Virus record (IMG/VR): IMGVR_UViG_3300009181_007093
Strand: one strand, 5' to 3'
Origin: a virus
Length of the DNA stretch: 64,000 nt
Every line of letters starts with the position of its first letter. Positions within the stretch are counted from its first letter, which is position 1. The translations under genes and the position numbers were made by a program. Of the stretch, positions 47,055 through 57,153 are shown in pieces. The notes beneath the pieces are model-generated. The model was given only the letters and a program-made list of their open reading frames with translations. It did no database searches and had not been told where the DNA came from.

Positions 47055-48556
47055 TATTTTAGTCCTTGTGGAAAATTTAAAGTTACAGAATGATTCACTG
47101 ACACTGCGACTTTATGTACGACAGCATCAAACATTCCTGCTGCTGATGGCCAACCGTTACCCGACTTCTTAATACCTCCAAAAGGCAGATGTGATTCAGC
47201 TCCTATTGAGCCCAAATTAAAATAAATCATACCTGCATCGCATAAGTTTCTTATTTTTCTCATATTACGAAAATCATTCGTAATAACTCCCAATGACAAA
47301 CCAAAATCTGTATCGTTATAAATCCTTATTGCATCTTCAATAGTATCAAAAGGTATAATAGCTACATGCGGTCCAAATACTTCTTGCTTTAAATATTCTT
47401 TATCAGACCATTCGACCTCGTAAACAAAAGGTCGTAAAAACCAGCCTTTTGTCAAAAGTTCTTGTAATATAGGCTCATCATACAAAACAGTTGCATCTTT
47501 ATCTTTGCGAACCAACTCATTAAATCTCTGCACACGTTCCATCTGATCTTTGCTAATTAGAGGTCCAAATTCAACGGAGCAAACTCCTACGCTTTTATCA
47601 AATGGATTTTTAACATTAGCGATTCCAACTTCATATAAAAATCTCTCTTTAAACTTCTTCATTACTGATCTATGAATTAGTAATCGTCCAGCAGAAACAC
47701 ATCGCTGACCGCTTAATTTGAAAGCACTATTAATGCAAGCAGATACTGCTAAATCAATATCGCAATCATCAAATACCATCACGGCAGATTTGCTGCCCAT
47801 CTCGCAGCTACATGTTTTATTCCAACTCTCTGCACAGTTCATTCTTATGAGCATTCCTACGTCCGCACTGCCCGTAAAACAAATATGATTTACATCATTA
47901 TTTTTAACAATTTTGCTACCAACATTTCCATCGCCATGGATCATATTAAAAACACCCGATGGGAAGCCTGCCTTCTCATATATCTCTGCTGTTTTTTGAC
48001 CAACCAGTGGAGTTAATTCACTTGGTTTAAAAACAACAGTATTTCCTTCTAGTATGGAAGGACCAGCACACCAAAATCCACCAATTGCAAAAGGAAAGTT
48101 CCAAGGTGCTATAACAGCAACAACTCCTTTTGGTTTCCGAATAATGTATGAATCCCGCTCAGAAAGCTCTGATGATACAATATCACCACAGCTTTCGCGT
48201 CCTTTGCCAAAACAATATTGAGACATATGCAAAGCTTCAATAACTTCAGCTTTACTTTCATTAAGACTTTTACCTGTTTCTAAAGAAATAGTTTTGGTTA
48301 CATCTTCTTCCATTTGTTCCAAAACTCTGCACAGATTCCAAAAATATTCTGCTCTCTTTACCCTACTAATTTGACTCCACGATTCAAAAGATTTTTTAGC
48401 TGTTTGGATTGCTAAGTTTATATCATTGGCAGAAGAATCAGGAAAAGAACCTATAATATCTTCTGTTGATGGATCGTATGAATTAAAAAAAGAACTAGAA
48501 TCTTCTGCTTGGAATTTACCATTGATAAAATTTAAGTTTTTCATAAAGTTTTCCAT
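47054..48556 (-). CDS. NAD(P)-dependent aldehyde dehydrogenase
   Basis: PWNFP, FKPSE, FTGS, EMGSK, GQRC, EVFGP, PFGGIKKSG. Confidence 0.95.
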   Translation of the reverse strand: MENFMKNLNFINGKFQAEDSSSFFNSYDPSTEDIIGSFPDSSANDINLAIQTAKKSFESWSQISRVKRAEYFWNLCRVLEQMEEDVTKTISLETGKSLNESKAEVIEALHMSQYCFGKGRESCGDIVSSELSERDSYIIRKPKGVVAVIAPWNFPFAIGGFWCAGPSILEGNTVVFKPSELTPLVGQKTAEIYEKAGFPSGVFNMIHGDGNVGSKIVKNNDVNHICFTGSADVGMLIRMNCAESWNKTCSCEMGSKSAVMVFDDCDIDLAVSACINSAFKLSGQRCVSAGRLLIHRSVMKKFKERFLYEVGIANVKNPFDKSVGVCSVEFGPLISKDQMERVQRFNELVRKDKDATVLYDEPILQELLTKGWFLRPFVYEVEWSDKEYLKQEVFGPHVAIIPFDTIEDAIRIYNDTDFGLSLGVITNDFRNMRKIRNLCDAGMIYFNLGSIGAESHLPFGGIKKSGNGWPSAAGMFDAVVHKVAVSVNHSVTLNFPQGLK

Positions 48557-48574
48557 TTTTGGTAAGGAGTGTGT

Positions 48575-49306
48575 TTAAAAGTAGTTTATAAAGTAACATT
48601 TTTCATCTTTTTCTCCAAGAAGAACTGCACTCATATAATTGTTTCCAATGAGAAAAAAATCTAATGCTTTGGACGCTTCTTCAACAGAGTTATAGCTATT
48701 TCTTTCTCCATTTTTCCCTATAAAATAATATTCGTTTTCTCCTGAAAAAACTTTAAATCCAGGAACAACTATACAAAAATTATCAAATATAGAATTGTAA
48801 TTATCTTCTGGAAAACGCTCTAGTGTTTTAACTATTTTTTTTGTTGATTCCGAAGCTATTTCCAAAAAATGATGTAGAGGGTATACTCTTGGCTCGTACT
48901 CTACACTCTGTCCTTGTCCAAAAGAGTTAATATCATTTAATATTTTATTTTTATTTATTTTATAACGTAACATTTTTGCCAATATAATGGCACTTGCTGC
49001 AATACCAATCGAATGAAATCCATAATACATTGCATTTGATTCTTCTAAAAAAAGTACGTAAGATTTAATCTCTTCAGATAAGAAATAGCATCCCATATCT
49101 TCATATTTATGTATTTTTTCATTCGCAGACTCTATATCTTTTTTATATAATTCATTAAATCTTAAAAAACTCCAGAAACAATTTGGTTGGCTTTCCCATT
49201 GTTCTATATTTCTTCTTAAAAAATACAAATCTATAATTTGTATTTTCTTTAACTTTCTAGATTTCATGCCTGATTCTAAGCATTCTTCTTTAACAGAATG
49301 AATCAT
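48575..49306 (-). CDS. Hypothetical protein
   Basis: ORF in operon. Confidence 0.7.
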   Translation of the reverse strand: MIHSVKEECLESGMKSRKLKKIQIIDLYFLRRNIEQWESQPNCFWSFLRFNELYKKDIESANEKIHKYEDMGCYFLSEEIKSYVLFLEESNAMYYGFHSIGIAASAIILAKMLRYKINKNKILNDINSFGQGQSVEYEPRVYPLHHFLEIASESTKKIVKTLERFPEDNYNSIFDNFCIVVPGFKVFSGENEYYFIGKNGERNSYNSVEEASKALDFFLIGNNYMSAVLLGEKDEKCYFINYF

Positions 49307-49309
49307 TTT

Positions 49310-49846
49310 CTAAGCTTTCCGCAGTTCTTTTGGAGACAGACAACAAAAAATTCTATTTCCATCTAACTTTGGTGCCTTCTCTAGAACAGAAAAAGGAGCA
49401 AGGTTTTCAATCATTTTAGTAATAACATCAAAACCTTTTTCTTTGTGAGAAAGTTCACGTTGCCCTTTAAAAATAAGAATTAAATTAACCTTCATTCCTT
49501 CTTCTAGAAATCTTTTAGCCCGAGCTGTTTTAACATCAATATCGTGTTTTTCTATAGAAGGTCTTAGTCTTAATTCTTTAAGCTGTACCTGAGACTCTCT
49601 TTGTTTTTTGTGGTGTTCTTTTTTTTTGATTTGTTGTTCATACTTAAATCTACCGTGATTTACAACTCTGCAAACCGGCGGCGTAACATTTGCCGCAATC
49701 TCTACAAGATCCATTCCACAATCTTGTGCGATCTTTATTGCTTTTTCTAACCCCATCACCCCAAGTTGCTTTTCTTCAACTATCACACGAACTTGTGGTG
49801 CCTTAATTTGCCAATTTATACGAAAAACATCTTTACTTTCATCCAT
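49310..49846 (-). CDS. infC: Translation initiation factor IF-3
   Basis: RIN.QI....VRVI...QLGVM, DLVEIA...PPVCR, KELRLRP.I..HD. Confidence 0.95.
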   Translation of the reverse strand: MDESKDVFRINWQIKAPQVRVIVEEKQLGVMGLEKAIKIAQDCGMDLVEIAANVTPPVCRVVNHGRFKYEQQIKKKEHHKKQRESQVQLKELRLRPSIEKHDIDVKTARAKRFLEEGMKVNLILIFKGQRELSHKEKGFDVITKMIENLAPFSVLEKAPKLDGNRIFCCLSPKELRKA

Positions 49847-49849
49847 TTT

Positions 49850-51466
49850 TTACCTGATCGTGGTGGAATTTATTACGCTTTTAAGACCTAGCGAAACGCT
49901 AACTGGGTCTAAACAAACGTTTATTACAGATAACACTTTGTTTTTTAAAGATAAAGAAATAGATTCTTCTAATTGGTCTTCAGTTTCAACCTTATATCCA
50001 AATCCGCCGCCCATCATATCAGAAACCTTATGGTAACTCCAGTCTCTAATAAAAATATTTAAAATATTTTTTTCTGTTGCGTATCCTTTATTATTCAAAA
50101 CAAATATTATTGGGTTTAATTTATGCTGTAAAATAGTACTAATTTCTGATACGGACATTTGGAACGCCCCATCTCCAACTAAAACAATAGGGCGAATATT
50201 AGGTTTAGCCATTTGAAATCCTAACGCACCAGGAATAGCCAAACCCATACTGCAATAAAATGCAGGGCTTATGAACTGGTGGTGGTGCACGTTTAGCCTT
50301 GTTGCTCCAAACAAACTCTCACCAATATCTGCAACCACTGCCATTTTTTCATTTAAAATATTATTTATTTTTTCAAAAAATCTATCCACAGTTATTAATG
50401 CACCATTAACTGGTGTAAAAACTTTTGATTCTTTCTTTTCTAAAGTTATTTTTTCTTTCTTACCAAGATCAATTTTAAAAAGATCTTTACAGAAATCAGT
50501 GAATTTTACACCATTATAAATATGATTTTTTATCTTCAATCCTTCTGTAGAACAAAATATAGTTTGTTGTTTTGTAAATTTAGGAGTTTGAAAACCAGAT
50601 AGCATTTCTGTTAACATTTCCCCTAAAACAAGCAAACAATCAGAGTCGTCAACAAGCTTTCTAACACATTCTTGGCTTGTCTGGTTGCCACAGTACACAC
50701 CAGCAAAAAGTTCATGATTTTCATTTATTGAAGATTTACTCAATAGAGTTGTTACTATGGGTATATTGTTCTTTTCTGCAAACCTTACTAGACTTTCATC
50801 TAAACCAAATCTAGTTATTTGAACACCTGCAATTATTACTGGTGTTTTTGAATTTTTAATCCAATTAATTGTTTCATCCATAGCCTCTTTAAGGCTTTCT
50901 GGATCGCTTTTTTGCTCTACAGGAGTACCTTGTGTATAAACATCGTACTTAATTGGTTGCGAGGCTACATCACGAGGAAGCTCAATATAAATAGGCTGCT
51001 TGTTGTGTCTGAGCATTTCTAGTGCATTGTCTATTTTCCAACCAGCAGTTGTTGAGTTATCTAAAACAACGCTGCAACATGTTATGTGAGAAAATATTTT
51101 ATGTTGATTGTCAAAACTTTCTAAAACATGATGCAACATTAAATCTTCATTTCTCTCTTTAATTCCTGGTGAACCGCTTATAACAACAACAGGAGATTTT
51201 TCTGCGTACGCTCCTGCGATAGAATTGCATAGCTTTAGTGCTCCAACGCTATAAGTAGCACAAACACATCCTATGCCATTGGCTCTTGCATACGCATCTG
51301 CTGCGAATCCTGCATGATTCTCATCTGTATTGCTAACAAATTTTATCTTTTCATTCTGTGAAAGATTCCCTATGAATTCTGATAGATAATCTCCTGGCAC
51401 ACCAAAAATGTGTTTAATCCCAGAATTGCCTAATCTTTCAATAAGAAATTCAGCTACAGATGGCAT
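49850..51466 (-). CDS. ThDP-dependent 2-keto-acid decarboxylase (pyruvate/indolepyruvate decarboxylase family)
   Basis: FGVPGDY, DENHAGFAADAYAR, LHH, GDGAFQM...LNNKGYATE. Confidence 0.92.
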   Translation of the reverse strand: MPSVAEFLIERLGNSGIKHIFGVPGDYLSEFIGNLSQNEKIKFVSNTDENHAGFAADAYARANGIGCVCATYSVGALKLCNSIAGAYAEKSPVVVISGSPGIKERNEDLMLHHVLESFDNQHKIFSHITCCSVVLDNSTTAGWKIDNALEMLRHNKQPIYIELPRDVASQPIKYDVYTQGTPVEQKSDPESLKEAMDETINWIKNSKTPVIIAGVQITRFGLDESLVRFAEKNNIPIVTTLLSKSSINENHELFAGVYCGNQTSQECVRKLVDDSDCLLVLGEMLTEMLSGFQTPKFTKQQTIFCSTEGLKIKNHIYNGVKFTDFCKDLFKIDLGKKEKITLEKKESKVFTPVNGALITVDRFFEKINNILNEKMAVVADIGESLFGATRLNVHHHQFISPAFYCSMGLAIPGALGFQMAKPNIRPIVLVGDGAFQMSVSEISTILQHKLNPIIFVLNNKGYATEKNILNIFIRDWSYHKVSDMMGGGFGYKVETEDQLEESISLSLKNKVLSVINVCLDPVSVSLGLKSVINSTTIR

Positions 51467-51472
51467 TTATTT

Positions 51473-52294
51473 TTATTCACTTGTAAAAGAATCAGAAATT
51501 TTTATTAGGAAGCCTTCCTGATCTGTTGGATACCTACGCATCCACTCAATCTCTTCACTTAGACCGGAACATCCAAAGTTTGAAGGAATAAGACTTGGAC
51601 TTGTAAAAACTGGTATAACACTTATCCCTTTTATAACTATAAAACTTGGTATCACACTTACATCTGGAATGGTTTGAACTGAAAGCATTTCTTCTTGAAC
51701 CATTTTTATAAGTTTGAATTCTAAATAATAACATCCTGGTAAGCAGGTATCGGTTGCAGACCATTCATACTTAAAATAGCTTTCTATCAAAACATCTTGT
51801 GTTGTTGTTCCATCTAGTTCTAGTACATCCTCATAAACCATTTCTACAACAGCAGTTGCATTCATGAACTTAATGATCACTAAAGAATCGCCTTTTGCCC
51901 ATTCCTGTGCAGTCGTTCCGTGATAAGCTCTTTGCACTTGAACAAGATTGTTTTTCTCATCAAATGCTATTACAAGCATTTCCTCTGGAAGTCGTAATCT
52001 GTTCATCTTTATTGTGTCCCCAACCATAATTTGGTTGAAACCAATATTATCTGCCAAAGCAAAATACGTGTCGTTCTCTGATATCGATGCTTTTAATTTA
52101 GCTTTTGCCCACATAGATGCCTCAAGAACTAAATCCGTAAGATCTAATGGACCATCGCAATCTTCTATTTTAAGCTTAAAATCTGGCTTCGTATCATGCC
52201 GCCTAATTATAAAGTCGGGACACACTCCAGCAACACACCCAAGAGAATCTGGGCAGTTGGTATTATAAGGAGAGCTTGAGGAGTTGCATTTCAT
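51473..52294 (-). CDS. BppU-like baseplate/structural protein
   Basis: IRRHDTKP...PLDLT...YEWSATDT..PG.Y.LEF...YP. Confidence 0.6.
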   Translation of the reverse strand: MKCNSSSSPYNTNCPDSLGCVAGVCPDFIIRRHDTKPDFKLKIEDCDGPLDLTDLVLEASMWAKAKLKASISENDTYFALADNIGFNQIMVGDTIKMNRLRLPEEMLVIAFDEKNNLVQVQRAYHGTTAQEWAKGDSLVIIKFMNATAVVEMVYEDVLELDGTTTQDVLIESYFKYEWSATDTCLPGCYYLEFKLIKMVQEEMLSVQTIPDVSVIPSFIVIKGISVIPVFTSPSLIPSNFGCSGLSEEIEWMRRYPTDQEGFLIKISDSFTSE

Positions 52295-52369
52295 ATTTAT
52301 ATGTAGTAAAAAAAATAATTTTTAATTTTATTAAATAATTTTAGTTTTTAAACCTAGCAAGCCTGTTAG

Positions 52370-52645
52370 CTAGTTCCTATCCATGTTATTTTTTATTCGC
52401 TCCGCACGTTGAGCCTCAAGTTGACGAGACTTTTCAAATAATTGATTAGATATTCTACGATCATCATCTCTATCTATATCATAAAAGTTAATAATATATC
52501 TAGTGTTATTTTTCTCATCCCTCATCCGGTACCATTCTATCCTGTCGGCGTGGTTCATTTTTGTAGCAAGTTCGTATGCTAAGAAGGGCGTTTTTGAGGT
52601 AATACTCATAACAATAGCCAAGGCTACTAAAAGGGCAGCAAGCAT
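52370..52645 (-). CDS. Hypothetical protein
   Basis: AGGAGG RBS; hydrophobic N-terminus. Confidence 0.6.
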   Translation of the reverse strand: MLAALLVALAIVMSITSKTPFLAYELATKMNHADRIEWYRMRDEKNNTRYIINFYDIDRDDDRRISNQLFEKSRQLEAQRAERIKNNMDRN

Positions 52646-52675
52646 ATATCGATCCTCCTTATGAAAATTTTATCT

Positions 52676-53068
52676 TTACTTTATTTTACCTTTGGAAATT
52701 ACCTTATCTTTAGTGATTGCCTTATCTTTGGTGATTGCCTTATCTTTAGTGCTTGCCTTATCTTTAGTGATTGCCTTATCTTTGGTGATTGCCTTATCTT
52801 TAGTGCTTGCCTTATCTTTAGTGCTTGCCTTATCTTTAGTGCTTGCCTTATCTTTAGTGCTTGCCTTATCTTTAGTGCTCTTATCTTTATCTATAACCTT
52901 ATCTTTATCTATAACCTTATCTTTATCTATAACCTTATCTTTAGGACTTGTCTTAGCACTTTTTGCCATTTTCAATTTAAACTTTTCTTTTGCTGCATGT
53001 AGTGCGTCTATTGATTTCGATAGTTTTTCTACGGCAATAAGCCATCGATCAATTTCAGTGTTTATCAT
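52676..53068 (-). CDS. Basic low-complexity protein with KDK(VID/AST/AIT) hexapeptide repeats
   Basis: 18-bp tandem repeats at ~52700-52940. Confidence 0.7.
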   Translation of the reverse strand: MINTEIDRWLIAVEKLSKSIDALHAAKEKFKLKMAKSAKTSPKDKVIDKDKVIDKDKVIDKDKSTKDKASTKDKASTKDKASTKDKASTKDKAITKDKAITKDKASTKDKAITKDKAITKDKVISKGKIK

Positions 53069-53078
53069 TAAATTTTCC

Positions 53079-53405
53079 CTATTTATAGTTTAAGAATCCA
53101 ACAACGTCATATTGACCGTCTTCAATTTTTGTTAACATATCCAAATCCATATTAACTTTAGCCTCATTGTGTACACTTTCTAACTTTACAAGCTTTCTGT
53201 GCAGTATTTTTAACCATCTTTTTTGACAGTAAAGACCAGTATGATCTACAAAATTATCAAAATCTTTAAATACAAAAAAATATTTTAGAAAAGATTGCTG
53301 TACTTCTTTTCTAAAATATTCCAATAAATATCTTTTTTCTTTTGGTATAATATCAATAGATTCATATTCTCTTGCTAAAAATAATAAATCTTTTTTAGAT
53401 ACCAC
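53079..53405 (-). CDS. Hypothetical protein
   Basis: ORF in series. Confidence 0.65.
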   Translation of the reverse strand: MVSKKDLLFLAREYESIDIIPKEKRYLLEYFRKEVQQSFLKYFFVFKDFDNFVDHTGLYCQKRWLKILHRKLVKLESVHNEAKVNMDLDMLTKIEDGQYDVVGFLNYK

Positions 53406-53415
53406 TTTAAATTTC

Positions 53416-53910
53416 CTATTCTACTTCGACCCCTTCTACATACTTTAAATACAATATAAGCATTCCACCGGCAAATTGCTGTGGCACGTTTTCAGCAGAT
53501 AACTTGTGAAGAATGCTACTAACTAGCCGAATGTCTCCCGTTACCTCGCCTAGCAATTGTGTTGCACTATCATGATTCCTTAGAAAAAAATAAGATTTCT
53601 TTACACTATCAATAATATCATAGTTAATTACTGTTAAAATATTATCACAATTTATCAGCATATTCTTGGGAATTTTACCACCACAATAAAATGGTTTATT
53701 TTTAAAGAATATTTTTATATGGTGTGCAGCAAGATGCTTTAAATCGCTTTGAAAGTTTTGTGCAAAACACAAAAGATCCTTTTGATTGTTCTCATCTTCC
53801 CCATTTTCCCCATCTTCCTCTTCATTATCTTCATCGTAATCACAGTAGTCATTTGAACAGAAACGTTTATTTAATGTGGCAGTTGATGTTATTGATGGCA
53901 TTAATGGCAT
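53416..53910 (-). CDS. Hypothetical protein with acidic patch
   Basis: ORF. Confidence 0.65.
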   Translation of the reverse strand: MPLMPSITSTATLNKRFCSNDYCDYDEDNEEEDGENGEDENNQKDLLCFAQNFQSDLKHLAAHHIKIFFKNKPFYCGGKIPKNMLINCDNILTVINYDIIDSVKKSYFFLRNHDSATQLLGEVTGDIRLVSSILHKLSAENVPQQFAGGMLILYLKYVEGVEVE

Positions 53911-54028
53911 TGGAACCCCCAGTGAGATACCTAAAAATAGCAGTTATCAAACTGCACTTCGAGAACTAAAAAAAAATCTTACCAAAAATAAACTAGAATG
54001 TCAAGCCATATATATTAAAAAGGAAAAA

Positions 54029-54526
54029 ATGCAATTAACAAAAATTTTTTTAGTAGCTTTGTTTGGACTTTTTGTCACAGGTTGTGCAAATGGCAATTTT
54101 AGTCCCAGAAATAATCCAAAAATAAACAACGAACAAGGTAAAATAGATGAAATAAAATCTAATCAAAATGGAGTTTTAGCCGAAATTGGCAAGCTTAAAC
54201 AAGACGCACAGATAATGGAAAGCCAACTCAAAGAAATACAAAATGGGCTACTAAACGTTAATGCAATGATATCAAGAAACGAAAATAATGGAATACAAAT
54301 TCTACAAGGAGATGGATCGTTAATTATGGTTTTTTGTATTGGACTTTTTGCAATTATGCTTTTTTATCGAAATAAATACATTGCGAAAGAAAAAAGCATA
54401 TCTATAATCGCCCAAGAAGTTTCGCTTTTTAATAATGCAGATCTAAACGAAAAAATACTTAGAGCTGCAATGACTAAGGGTGAAGGCAAACAAATGCTAA
54501 AACTACTTCAAAACCGATCAATATAA
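54029..54526 (+). CDS. Putative lipoprotein with coiled coil and second TM segment
   Basis: AAGGA RBS; lipobox-like VTG-C; TATATA upstream. Confidence 0.7.
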   Translation: MQLTKIFLVALFGLFVTGCANGNFSPRNNPKINNEQGKIDEIKSNQNGVLAEIGKLKQDAQIMESQLKEIQNGLLNVNAMISRNENNGIQILQGDGSLIMVFCIGLFAIMLFYRNKYIAKEKSISIIAQEVSLFNNADLNEKILRAAMTKGEGKQMLKLLQNRSI

Positions 54527-54994
54527 ATCTATTTCTTTTCCAATATGAGAAATTAAAACACCATAAGAATGTTCTATTTCATGTTGAAAAACAATAGAAT
54601 AAAGACCTTTTTCAAGTGCAGTAAAATCTTCTATTTTTAATGTTTTTTCGTATATCAATCGTTTACCTGTTATTGTTACCTCAGAATGTCTTTCAACTTC
54701 AAATCTTCTAATTTCTTTTCCTTTTCTAATTGAAAGACAACCTTCAATTGATTTAATGAATTCTCCGTTACCGCTGTAACAACAGTTTAAGTAACATTCA
54801 TAAGATGAGTTTCTACTCACTATGAAAAGGTCCAAAGGAATTCCAACTTGTACAGCAGAAAGACCTATTCCATTGTTTTCATAACAGACTTTCTCCATTT
54901 GGTTAAATATTTTGTATATTTCCACCAAATTATCTGTTGGAGTTTTTTTAGCTTTAGGAATATCTTCTAAAGGCACAAGATTAAATTCAATCAT
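54518..54994 (-). CDS. def: Peptide deformylase
   Basis: GIGLSAVQVG, EGCLS, QHEIEH; AGGAG RBS. Confidence 0.92.
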   Translation of the reverse strand: MIEFNLVPLEDIPKAKKTPTDNLVEIYKIFNQMEKVCYENNGIGLSAVQVGIPLDLFIVSRNSSYECYLNCCYSGNGEFIKSIEGCLSIRKGKEIRRFEVERHSEVTITGKRLIYEKTLKIEDFTALEKGLYSIVFQHEIEHSYGVLISHIGKEIDLY

Positions 54995-55075
54995 TCGCAT
55001 CTCCTGCTTTAACGAGAGGCTATTGTCGCTCTCCACAGGCTTAAATTAAGGATTTACCAGCTCTAGATTCCCGTG

Positions 55076-55351
55076 CTAATCTTTTTTATCATAACCTTGT
55101 TCTTTATACAGAAGAATAGGATAGCCAGAACAGTTGTTACCTAGAGGAGTGTTTTCTTTTTGAGGGTCGTTTCCTCTTCTTCTCATTTCATATAAAAATT
55201 CTTCTACTTCTATGTCAACTTCTTTTGCTTTTGAAGATTTTTTTAAACAGTACCTTTTTAAAGGATCAACTTCATCCTCTGCTAAATATCTACATTGTTG
55301 AGATGTTTCATTAATCAAACAAACATCTTTTAGATGATTAGAACTTAACAT
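55076..55351 (-). CDS. Cys-containing hypothetical protein
   Basis: CRYL...YCLK...PLGNNCSG; TTGACA-17-TATCAT promoter at 55385-55413. Confidence 0.7.
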   Translation of the reverse strand: MLSSNHLKDVCLINETSQQCRYLAEDEVDPLKRYCLKKSSKAKEVDIEVEEFLYEMRRRGNDPQKENTPLGNNCSGYPILLYKEQGYDKKD

Positions 55352-55409
55352 TTTTGAACCTACGGAAAGAGAAAAGGCTTGAATATGATACCGAAAAAAA
55401 AGTAAATTG

Positions 55410-55673
55410 TCAATGCGTTAAGTTGTTTACTATTCCTTCAAATCTAGGTTTTAGCCATTCTCTTAACTTTTCCACACTAGCTTTTACTTCACTTGGAATT
55501 CTTAAAATTATAGTATCATGAACCAAACCATCATTTGAATCATTCGGAATGTTTTTCTCTACTATATCTCTAATTAGTTTAGAAACAGAAACACCTTTTC
55601 TTTTAGCCTCTTTTTTGACTTTTTCTTGGAACTCAGCATCTATTGAAAGGCTTAATATCTTATTTGTACTCAT
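55410..55673 (-). CDS. Ribbon-helix-helix (CopG-like) DNA-binding protein
   Basis: ILSLSID...VKKEAKRKGVSVSKLIRDIVE. Confidence 0.75.
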   Translation of the reverse strand: MSTNKILSLSIDAEFQEKVKKEAKRKGVSVSKLIRDIVEKNIPNDSNDGLVHDTIILRIPSEVKASVEKLREWLKPRFEGIVNNLTH

Positions 55674-55918
55674 TATTGACCGTATCTTTCTGGAAAATTT
55701 TCTCTTAATTTACTTTTAAGAATTTGATTAGTTAGTTCTTTTTTCTTTCTCCTTCTCTTCTCGCCAGGACTCTCATATGATTCTCTTTTTTTATATTCTT
55801 GAAGAATTCCTGCGTCTACTACTGCTTTCTTGAAAATAGCAAACATTTTTTTAAAAGCAAATTCTTTATCTGAAAAGCTAGCATTACGGGGTAGCTCTTT
55901 TTTGTACACTTTTACCAT
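55673..55918 (-). CDS. rpsU: Ribosomal protein bS21
   Basis: FKKAVVDAGILQEYKKRESYESPGEKRRRKKK. Confidence 0.85.
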   Translation of the reverse strand: MVKVYKKELPRNASFSDKEFAFKKMFAIFKKAVVDAGILQEYKKRESYESPGEKRRRKKKELTNQILKSKLRENFPERYGQ

Positions 55919-55992
55919 TTAAGAAACCTTTTTGAAAACTTTTTCCTACCGTTCTTAATATTAATATAGTGTAGAAAATTAAATTTAATAAG

Positions 55993-57135
55993 TTAATCTT
56001 TTGGTATTCTTACGAATTTTATGCCCATTTTTTTTGAAACATGCTGCCTTACTTCTTTATCGTATGAAACCAATTCTGTCGATTCTCCTGTCGTTGGCCA
56101 TGAATCTCTATCTAAACTAGGCAAAATTTTATCTAATTTAAAAATTAAAATTTTAAATATATCACCATTCCAATGAGAAGAATTTCCTTCGCTTATTATG
56201 CTAGAAAATGTAAAAAAATGATATTTTTGCAATTGATTAGAGAAAAGATCGTCTATTTCATACTCTTTTTGTGAATAATATCTGGATCTTTCATCCACGG
56301 ATAAATATGGACAACGTGCTAAAAGAGCTAAACGAGACAAACTATTAAAAACATCTAATACAATTCCCGTTGCACGCATAGCAGCCAGAACACGAGTTAC
56401 ATCTGTTTCTGTTGTTATAACACATCTTCCTATGAACTCTTTGGAAACGTCATGCGAAAAGTTGTTTTGCCAAACTACAGGAGTATAACCTGATTCTAAA
56501 AGCTTGTTTAGAAGTTCTATCCAAAACTCTCTTTTAGCATTAATATTTTTAGCCTGTCCATTGGACCACTTTGTACAAAAAAGGGAAGGATAAACAAATA
56601 TTTTATATCCAGGATATGTTGCTACATCTCGATTAAAATCTTTTCCTAAAATAGCAGCGGATGGAACGAACGGTAAAAATCTTTTAGTGTCTTTATACTT
56701 TTGAAAAAATTTATTTTTAAATCCATTTTCATAGTAAGCAGATATTTCTCTATAATCAACTACATCTCTAAAAAACTCATTAAAGTTTCTAAGATAAACT
56801 GTATGAAGATCTGAAGTGTTGTTGAATCCAATAGATTTTTCATAAAACTTTTTTATATGAGACAAATCATTAATAGACCAATATTCATCAACATATGGGA
56901 ACAAACCTTGAAATCCTGGCCAAGATGCTAATATGAAGTATTTTGAAGATTTAGATTCTAGCCTATATCGATTCAGTATGAAGCTTGAAGCAATACAAGT
57001 GCTTCTTAAGTCTCCAAAAAATGGAAATATTGTAATCTGAGAAAAATCCGTAGGTATCTTTTTTTCTTCGAATCGTTCTCGTATGAACCCGTTTCTTTCT
57101 GCGGTTCTTTTTAAAAAATCTGCTATCGAATCCAT
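55993..57135 (-). CDS. GT-B/GT9-like hypothetical protein (paralog of the next gene)
   Basis: FFGD, SWPGFQGLFPYVDEYW, SRLALLARCPY. Confidence 0.5.
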   Translation of the reverse strand: MDSIADFLKRTAERNGFIRERFEEKKIPTDFSQITIFPFFGDLRSTCIASSFILNRYRLESKSSKYFILASWPGFQGLFPYVDEYWSINDLSHIKKFYEKSIGFNNTSDLHTVYLRNFNEFFRDVVDYREISAYYENGFKNKFFQKYKDTKRFLPFVPSAAILGKDFNRDVATYPGYKIFVYPSLFCTKWSNGQAKNINAKREFWIELLNKLLESGYTPVVWQNNFSHDVSKEFIGRCVITTETDVTRVLAAMRATGIVLDVFNSLSRLALLARCPYLSVDERSRYYSQKEYEIDDLFSNQLQKYHFFTFSSIISEGNSSHWNGDIFKILIFKLDKILPSLDRDSWPTTGESTELVSYDKEVRQHVSKKMGIKFVRIPKD

Positions 57136-57153
57136 ATAACACTTTCTGTTAGT

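Noticed and set aside
52661-53093. Hydrophobic (LIFSAC)n and (LSLVLA)n plus-strand ORFs
   Set aside because: Antisense of the 18-bp repeat gene, which fits the minus-strand operon.
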